A DNA stretch of 64,000 nt from NCBI GenBank assembly GCA_048938855.1, contig JBHLLT010000002.1, forward strand, positions 1 through 64,000, in the 5' to 3' direction. Numbering within the stretch: position 1 is the stretch's first letter; every line of letters begins with the position of its first letter. A model generated the notes under the pieces. The model saw only the letters and a program-made list of their open reading frames with translations, did no database searches and was not told the origin of the DNA. The position numbers and the translations under genes were made by a program. The DNA comes from Promethearchaeota archaeon. Lineage in GTDB: Archaea; Asgardarchaeota; Lokiarchaeia; Sigyniarchaeales; SOKP01. Below are positions 57,507 to 64,000 of the stretch, in pieces.

Positions 57507-57757
57507 ATATACTCACCGTTTATAATTGAAAATCTTTGTTAAAAAAATATCTAAAAAAATATGAACGCTAAATTAATACAAATTTCTTTCCAATATCTTT
57601 AAATATATTGAAACCGCTTTAATTTGCGTCCTAAGTTTCTTAGAATAATTTTTTTAAACTTAGTGAGTTTTAGAATTAAGCAATATTAAAAAATTTTATC
57701 TTTCAAAAGGAGACTTTCAAAAATAAAGCAAAAAAAATCATTAAGGAGTTTGAAAAG

Positions 57758-57943
57758 TTAACCTCTACAACAAAGTCTTCTTCCAAATTCGAGATTACAC
57801 TTATAATATTCTTCAGACAAAATTTCTTTTACAGTATCATAATCTAAATTTACTATTTTAGCTATATCTTCAATAGCGTTTCCTGGAGTGGATATTAATT
57901 GACAAATTTTTTTTTTAATTTCTTCAGTAATTTCTACGGTCAT
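57758..57943 (-). CDS. Small HTH-like protein with Cys-rich C-terminus
   Basis: IEDIAKIVNLDYDTVKEIL helix-turn-helix pattern; C-terminal CNLEFGRRLCCRG. Confidence 0.6.
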   Translation of the reverse strand: MTVEITEEIKKKICQLISTPGNAIEDIAKIVNLDYDTVKEILSEEYYKCNLEFGRRLCCRG

Positions 57944-57974
57944 TATGGTAGATTATTGCTTTTAACTAATAAAT

Positions 57975-59120
57975 TTAAGTAGTAAATTTTATAATTTCAT
58001 CAACAATCTTGTAATTTGGTAAAATTAAATCTGCTGCTCCACTTTCGGCGGCGGCTTTGGGCATCCCATATAATATACTTGTTTCTTCAGATTCAGCAAT
58101 TGTTTTACCTCCTTCTTGCTTGATTGCCTTCAATCCAGAAGCCCCATCAGTTCCCATTCCTGTCAGTAAAATACCAAGCGTTTTTTCCTTATATACTCGA
58201 GCTGTTGAAAAAAACAATACATCGACAGAAGGTCTACAAAAATTCACAGGCTCCCCTTCATAAGTTCTTATACAAGGTTTATTATCTTTAACAATAACTT
58301 GCATATACATATCTCCGGGTGAAAGATAAATTATGCCTGATTTTATCTCTTCATTGTTCATACCTATTTTTACATTGGCTTTACATATATTTTTTAAAGA
58401 TGTGGCAAATTGTCGCATAAACAGATGGTTTAGATGCTGTACGACTAGAATTGGTACTGGAAAGTTTTTAGGGATCTCACTAAGAATCGTTCTTAAAGTT
58501 CTTGGACCACCTACACTCGCCCCTATTACTATTATTTTTGTCGGTACAGTTTTTATGGTAATCGGAGAGAGATCTAAAAAGTAATCCTCTGATCTTTGTT
58601 CTAATGACCTTTCTAATTCTATATAGGGGCCTCCCTTTGTTTTAATTTTTACTTCTTGGCTTTTCTGAATAAAAATATCTTTACTTAATAACCTTATTTT
58701 GTTATCAATTTTATTTACTTTTGCGATGTCTGCCATAATGATTTTTGAAATTAATTTGTCTTTAATAGTTGGAATTACCTCCTTCCATATTCCTTCAGGT
58801 TTAACGATATAATCATAAAATTTTAGAATAAGGGGAATATCAAGAGAATCTATATTGCTAGGATCTTTATCAGATAACACTATAGTAGTAATGTCAAACT
58901 GCTTAATTATAAGATAAAAAGGTGAGTACCAGGTTTTATTTTCAAACTCAATGTCGAGTATTAATAAATCAGGATTCTTGCTTTTAATTATTTTAATAGC
59001 TTCTTGTTCATTCCGAACAAGATCAACTACTTCTGTCTCTTTATGAGAAGAAAGCATATCAGATAGTAGAGTTCTGCGGTATGCTGACTCAGAAGCTATT
59101 AGTACTCTTTTAGGCATCAT
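57975..59120 (-). CDS. cheB: Protein-glutamate methylesterase CheB with atypical receiver domain
   Basis: GASVGGP (Ser), VVQHL (His), RPSVDVLF, LTGMGTDG (Asp), YGMP. Confidence 0.92.
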   Translation of the reverse strand: MMPKRVLIASESAYRRTLLSDMLSSHKETEVVDLVRNEQEAIKIIKSKNPDLLILDIEFENKTWYSPFYLIIKQFDITTIVLSDKDPSNIDSLDIPLILKFYDYIVKPEGIWKEVIPTIKDKLISKIIMADIAKVNKIDNKIRLLSKDIFIQKSQEVKIKTKGGPYIELERSLEQRSEDYFLDLSPITIKTVPTKIIVIGASVGGPRTLRTILSEIPKNFPVPILVVQHLNHLFMRQFATSLKNICKANVKIGMNNEEIKSGIIYLSPGDMYMQVIVKDNKPCIRTYEGEPVNFCRPSVDVLFFSTARVYKEKTLGILLTGMGTDGASGLKAIKQEGGKTIAESEETSILYGMPKAAAESGAADLILPNYKIVDEIIKFTT

Positions 59121-59227
59121 AATATACGTTATGTTCTACAAAAACTAATGAAATTTTTTCTTAATATATATTCTGATAATCAAAATAAATTAGGATAAGA
59201 CCAAATCTGGAATGTTATTGTTCAAAA

Positions 59228-59899
59228 TTAGTTTTCTAGAACAACTTTATGTGTAATTTTTCCGATTTTTTCTATTGAGGCTTCAATAAGATCTCCCGGT
59301 TGAATTGGTCCTACTCCATTCGGGGTTCCCGTTGCTACAATATCATCTGGAGTGAATGTTATGAACTTAGAAAGAAAGGCTAGGACCTCCGGAATTTTAA
59401 AAATCATATGTTTTGTATTTGATTGTTGACGAATTTCTCCATTTATTTTTAAGTTTATGCTTAAGTTATGAGGATCTACAATTTCATCACGAGGAACGAC
59501 ACGTGGTCCGATAGGTCCAAACGTGTCGAAATTCTTACTTCGATACCAAGGCAATTTAATATTTCGATCACTGATTTGCATTTTTCTAGCTGTAATATCA
59601 AGAAAAATTGTATATCCTCTGATATAATCATATGCTTGTTCTGGTTTTATATTTTTACAGTCTTTAGAAATAATAAGAGCTAATTCCACCTCATGATCGA
59701 CTTGGTTATACTCCTGATTATTATATAGCAATTTTGGGTAAATTATAGGATTTCCTTCAGTGATTAATGTATTTAAAGTTTTTACAAAAAATATTGGTTC
59801 TTTAGGTATCTTTGAATTCATTTCTCTGGCATGTTCAATATAATTGCGTCCAAGGCATATAATTTTAGATGGTTGAATTAATTGATTTCCAATCTTCAT
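59228..59899 (-). CDS. Fumarylacetoacetate hydrolase family protein
   Basis: KIICLGRNY.EH, HEVELA, DITAR, KNFDTFGP.GP, ATGTP.GVG. Confidence 0.93.
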   Translation of the reverse strand: MKIGNQLIQPSKIICLGRNYIEHAREMNSKIPKEPIFFVKTLNTLITEGNPIIYPKLLYNNQEYNQVDHEVELALIISKDCKNIKPEQAYDYIRGYTIFLDITARKMQISDRNIKLPWYRSKNFDTFGPIGPRVVPRDEIVDPHNLSINLKINGEIRQQSNTKHMIFKIPEVLAFLSKFITFTPDDIVATGTPNGVGPIQPGDLIEASIEKIGKITHKVVLEN

Positions 59900-60013
59900 A
59901 ATTTTTATCCGTTTCCGAATTATTAAAGTTAAATCAGATATTAATTTAAAATATGTTTAAAGTTTAAAGAAATTTATTTTCCTATTGAAGAAAGGATTAC
60001 AAAAAAATTACTA

Positions 60014-60598
60014 ATGAAATTGAAAATAATGAATGAAAAAATAGTAGACACTGAAGAAAAAAGTTTATTTCAGAAAAACTTAACTAAAAAGATAGCTTTA
60101 ACAGCTATTTTCATAGCAGTTGGATTAGTTCTGAGCTATATCAATCCATTTGCATACTTTCTGATAGCTGGCACAAGAATCAATCCTTTTGCCCACTTTA
60201 TTAATGCTATTACTGGTGTTCTTATTGGCCTCACCTTTTCATGTATTACAGCATTAGGAATAGCTAGTCTCCGATTTATCCTTAATATCGGGACAATTCA
60301 TGCATTTCACGGAGGAATATCAGGAGCTCTAGTAGTTGGAGCAGTGTCACATCTCCTACGTAAAAAATTTCCCAAATATGTTGAATTTGCCGCATTTTTT
60401 GAACCAATAGGAACTGTTTTTATTGGTGGAACAATCGGACAATTAGTTGCACCAATTGGAACGATTTTTGCAATTGATGGATTTCTAACATATTGGGGTT
60501 TATTTGCTATGAGTTGTATACCAGGTTCTCTACTGGGTTATGTAGTACTATCTATTCTTGAGAAAACCGGTATTACTTGGAAAGATTTCTACGATTAA
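60014..60598 (+). CDS. thiW: ECF transporter S component, ThiW-like
   Basis: PFAHFINAITGVLIG, LR...GTI.AF.G.I.GAL, EPIGT..IG. Confidence 0.8.
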   Translation: MKLKIMNEKIVDTEEKSLFQKNLTKKIALTAIFIAVGLVLSYINPFAYFLIAGTRINPFAHFINAITGVLIGLTFSCITALGIASLRFILNIGTIHAFHGGISGALVVGAVSHLLRKKFPKYVEFAAFFEPIGTVFIGGTIGQLVAPIGTIFAIDGFLTYWGLFAMSCIPGSLLGYVVLSILEKTGITWKDFYD

Positions 60599-60626
60599 TA
60601 TAATAAAATACAACATTACATGATAT

Positions 60627-61214
60627 ATGATATATAAGAAAGAAGATCATTTCAATGGTTTAATAGGACATAGTACTCTGCTTTATGGTGAAACTAATAC
60701 TAAAAAAACTTTTTTTACTTCTAAATTTGTTCAATATCTTATTGAAACAAAAAAAATCGTACCTAAAGAAATATCCATCTTAGACTTTGCTCCTCCAATA
60801 ACTTATATAAAAGATATCAAAATTGGCGGTAAAATCAAAGATTTTTATGAAAGAAGTGTTGTTTGTAATAATATTTATTTTGAAGGTGAAATAATCCCAC
60901 CTCGGCTAAATGCACGAAACATACATGAACTTTTTAAATTTTCATGTCATAATTTTAAAAAAACATATAGCATTTTAAAAAAATTCAACGACAATCCAAC
61001 AGATATATTGATTATTAACGATATTTCCATTTATCTTCATATAGGGAATAAAAAATTAATTCTAGACTCAATAAAAAAAGCTCATACCTTTTTTGGGAAT
61101 TCTTATTACGGTTCTTCAATAATAAAATATTTTACTCCTCACTTTAATTTAAGAGAAAAGCGATTAGTTGAATATTTGATAAAAAAAATGGATTATGCTT
61201 ATTATACAGAATAG
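60627..61214 (+). CDS. P-loop-like hypothetical protein with degenerate Walker A
   Basis: TLLYGETNTKKT, ILDFAP, PPRL, LIINDISIYLH, GNSYYG. Confidence 0.65.
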   Translation: MIYKKEDHFNGLIGHSTLLYGETNTKKTFFTSKFVQYLIETKKIVPKEISILDFAPPITYIKDIKIGGKIKDFYERSVVCNNIYFEGEIIPPRLNARNIHELFKFSCHNFKKTYSILKKFNDNPTDILIINDISIYLHIGNKKLILDSIKKAHTFFGNSYYGSSIIKYFTPHFNLREKRLVEYLIKKMDYAYYTE

Positions 61215-61298
61215 AACTAATATTTTGAGACAAAATAATTTTAATTAATGCTCAATTAAATTATCTACAAAAAAAAAATAAAATTTTATAAGATAATT

Positions 61299-61943
61299 AT
61301 GAAAAAGTTAATATTATTCGGGCCCCCAGGAGCTGGTAAAGGAACTTTTAGTTCACAGATTAAAGTAGTTATACCTCAAATCGTTCATATAAGTACTGGA
61401 GATATATTTCGTGAAAATCTAAAAAATGAAACTCCTCTCGGATTAAAAGCTAAATCGTATATGGATAAAGGCGAATTAGTACCTGATGATGTAACCATTG
61501 AAATGGTGCGTGATAGATTAAATAAAGAAGATGTCAAGAAAAATGGTTTTATTCTTGATGGATTTCCTCGAACTTTACCTCAAGCTGAATCATTATCAGA
61601 TATAACCGAAGTAGATTTGCTCCTATTATTACAGGTTTCTAGAGATATTATATTTAAAAGAATTTTAGGTAGGTATGGTTGTAAATCCTGTGGAGAAATC
61701 TATAATAAATATACCCTCCCTCCGAAAGTTGAAGGAATATGTGATAAATGCGGTGCTGAGATCAAATTTGAGCAAAGAAATGATGACAATGAAGAAACAT
61801 TAAAAAGTAGATTAGACGCATATGAAAAAAATGCTAAACTTCTTATCAAATATTATAAAAAAAGAGGGAAGCTGAAGAAAATCGATGCAACCGATACATT
61901 AAGTTATACTGAGGATGAGATTAAAAAATTTATAGGATTATAA
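61299..61943 (+). CDS. adk: Adenylate kinase, bacterial-type long form with zinc lid
   Basis: GPPGAGKGT, HISTGDIFR, GELVPD, GFILDGFPRT, CKSC..CDKC lid, QR.DD. Confidence 0.95.
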   Translation: MKKLILFGPPGAGKGTFSSQIKVVIPQIVHISTGDIFRENLKNETPLGLKAKSYMDKGELVPDDVTIEMVRDRLNKEDVKKNGFILDGFPRTLPQAESLSDITEVDLLLLLQVSRDIIFKRILGRYGCKSCGEIYNKYTLPPKVEGICDKCGAEIKFEQRNDDNEETLKSRLDAYEKNAKLLIKYYKKRGKLKKIDATDTLSYTEDEIKKFIGL

Positions 61944-61970
61944 ATTTCTTTTTTATCTTAATACTATATC

Positions 61971-62723
61971 ATGAAATTTAATATATGCATTCCAATTCCA
62001 ATTAGAAATCCAAGTATACAAGTAGTTCAACCTATAATTGAAAGAGTATTAAAAACTAATGCTAATTTAATTGAGTTAAGATTTGATTATATTACGGATT
62101 TCAAATCAATTTCTATGGAATTCCTAACCAGCCTGTCTAAAATTATTTCTCCTCAGTCTACTATTATATTTACTTTCAGAGATCCATCTGAAGGAGGACA
62201 TGTTCAAATTCAACAAGAAGATCGCTTCAATATTTATAAAATGTTTATTAATGCTAAACCAGATTATATTGACATTGAAATGGCTTTAGATAATAAAATT
62301 TTGGATGAGTTGATAAACCTAGCTCAGCAAAATAGAGTGAACTTGATCTTTTCTTATCATGATTTTAGCAGAACTTTCTCATTTGAAGAAGCAAGAAATT
62401 ATATTCTAAATTTCGAATCTAGATTGGCTCAGGAATTACATATAGATCAAAAATTGTTTGAAGAGCTCATTTATAAGATAATCTTCACCGCGAATACATT
62501 TGAGGATAATCTAACTCCATTAAAACTTTGTAAAGATATCTCCAGTTCTAAAAAGAAAATTATATCTTTCTGTATGGGACCATTAGGTGTTTTTTCTCGA
62601 ATTATTTGCGTTATTACTGGGTCATATTTAACTTATGCTTTTCTAGAAGAGTCTGAAAAGACAGCAGAGAGTCAGATTCAGATTGAAAAAATGAAGGAAA
62701 TTTATGATTTAATTTTAGATTAG
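61971..62723 (+). CDS. aroD: Type I 3-dehydroquinate dehydratase
   Basis: IELRFD, IFTFR..SEGG, YIDIE, SYHDF, Schiff-base K, MG..G..SR. Confidence 0.9.
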   Translation: MKFNICIPIPIRNPSIQVVQPIIERVLKTNANLIELRFDYITDFKSISMEFLTSLSKIISPQSTIIFTFRDPSEGGHVQIQQEDRFNIYKMFINAKPDYIDIEMALDNKILDELINLAQQNRVNLIFSYHDFSRTFSFEEARNYILNFESRLAQELHIDQKLFEELIYKIIFTANTFEDNLTPLKLCKDISSSKKKIISFCMGPLGVFSRIICVITGSYLTYAFLEESEKTAESQIQIEKMKEIYDLILD

Positions 62724-62792
62724 CTCTAAATTCTTCATTTACGAAAATTTTAATTATGAAGATTAAAAAAAGTAGATTTTTTAAATTAATAT

Positions 62793-63998
62793 ATGGTTGT
62801 TTATTTTGCCTTTTTATTCCATATTTATCAACCCCCAGTGCAAATTCCAATTGTAATCAAGCAAATTGTAAATGAATCGTACAAACCAATAATAGAAGCT
62901 TTAAAAGATAATCCAGATGCGAAACTGGCTCTTAATATAAACGGAACTTTAACTGAGCAACTCCACGATTTTGGGTATGACGATTTGATTAGTCAAATTG
63001 CTACTTTAGCCTCCAACGGACAAATTGAATTTACAGGCTCTGGAAAATTCCATCCTCTACTTCCTTTGATCCCTGAACCTGAAGTCAAACGCCAAATTAG
63101 TCTTAATAATGATACAAATCGACATTTTTTTGGTAAACATTATAATCCTTCCGGATTTTTTCCACCGGAAATGGCTGTATCTGAAGAAGTATTTAAAACC
63201 GTGAAAAAAGCAGGTTATAATTGGATTATTATGAGTGGAATTGCAAATACCTTACCAGAGTTTCCTACAAACTATATATCGGTTCATCCGAATGGATTAA
63301 AATTGATATTTAGAGATGATTATATTTCAATTGACTGTGCTTTTGATAAAATTGATAATGTTGATGAATTTATTAAGCGTCTATATTATAAGCACACATC
63401 TGAGGATTATTATGTCATATTAGCTATGGATGGCGAGACTTTTGGACACCATGTTAAACATGCGATAAAAAATTTTTTAATTCCGTTATTTCAGGCACTT
63501 CCCCATAGAAATGATGTAAAGATATGTACTATCTCAGAAATTATAGAAAAATTTCCTAAAGGTTTTACTCAAGTTCCACGAGATTCAAGTTGGTCAACAA
63601 TGCCATACGATATCGCTACAGATGTTCCATATCCGTTATGGTTCGATCCCCAAAATGAAATCCACATTGAACAGCATAAATTTTTCATGTATGCACTTAC
63701 ATTAATCCATCTTTCGACTAAATATCGCGATGCTATGGATGACGAGAAAAAAAGGATATTTGATAATGCTCGAAATCTGTTAGATCGGGGAATTCATAGC
63801 TGTCAGCAATGGTGGGCATCGCGTAGACCTTTTTACAGTCCAGATATGATTCTGCGTGGATTAAATGAAGTATTAATGGCTAGCGTAAATGCAAAACGTA
63901 GCATACCTGAGAACGCACCAGATATTAGAGATGCAATGGAACTTATAATGGAAGATATGCTAAAAGCACAAAATAAAATTGTTTTATCTTTAATTTGA
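62793..63998 (+). CDS. Glycoside hydrolase family 57 protein
   Basis: FHIYQP, ESYKP, HPLLPL, GFFPPEMA (nucleophile), AMDGETFGHH (acid/base), SSWS. Confidence 0.92.
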   Translation: MVVYFAFLFHIYQPPVQIPIVIKQIVNESYKPIIEALKDNPDAKLALNINGTLTEQLHDFGYDDLISQIATLASNGQIEFTGSGKFHPLLPLIPEPEVKRQISLNNDTNRHFFGKHYNPSGFFPPEMAVSEEVFKTVKKAGYNWIIMSGIANTLPEFPTNYISVHPNGLKLIFRDDYISIDCAFDKIDNVDEFIKRLYYKHTSEDYYVILAMDGETFGHHVKHAIKNFLIPLFQALPHRNDVKICTISEIIEKFPKGFTQVPRDSSWSTMPYDIATDVPYPLWFDPQNEIHIEQHKFFMYALTLIHLSTKYRDAMDDEKKRIFDNARNLLDRGIHSCQQWWASRRPFYSPDMILRGLNEVLMASVNAKRSIPENAPDIRDAMELIMEDMLKAQNKIVLSLI

Positions 63999-64000
63999 AA

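Noticed and set aside
1-64000. Selenoprotein genes read through UGA
   Set aside because: The recognised TGA-ending genes (for example oppC, radB-like, rps14, rps8) end at their expected C-termini, and I saw no Cys-aligned in-frame TGA. The search was by eye only.
1-64000. CRISPR arrays, IS elements, integrases or prophage genes
   Set aside because: No regularly spaced repeats, transposase or integrase motifs, or terminal inverted repeats were seen.

Overview
AT-rich archaeal chromosomal segment, most likely from an Asgard archaeon of the Lokiarchaeia. This assignment is inferred from archaeal-type ribosomal proteins together with Vps28-, Roadblock- and OSTC/DC2-like proteins and the selenocysteine machinery. 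The window holds an opp ABC transporter, RNA-modification and recombination genes, the S19-L15 ribosomal cluster, a rearranged L11-L1-L10-L12-secY-DUF106 cluster, and selB, tRNA-Sec and sepSecS. Headline observation: the ribosomal protein gene rpl11 (57506-56939, minus strand) is interrupted by two short insertions of 37 and 36 nt. Each sits in a bulge-helix-bulge (BHB)-like fold, and cutting at the canonical tRNA-endonuclease positions restores the conserved GGxAxxGPPxGP motif in frame. These look like tRNA-type introns in an essential mRNA, separated by a 21-nt micro-exon. The same window has two triple-intron tRNAs, Ser(GGA) and an unusual Ile(UAU). Two ribosomal protein genes missed by the ORF track appear to start at AUA (S14) and AUU (L34e). 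There are also DtxR-like operators around a putative metal or corrinoid uptake pair. All assignments are by eye from motifs; no searches or folding programs were run.
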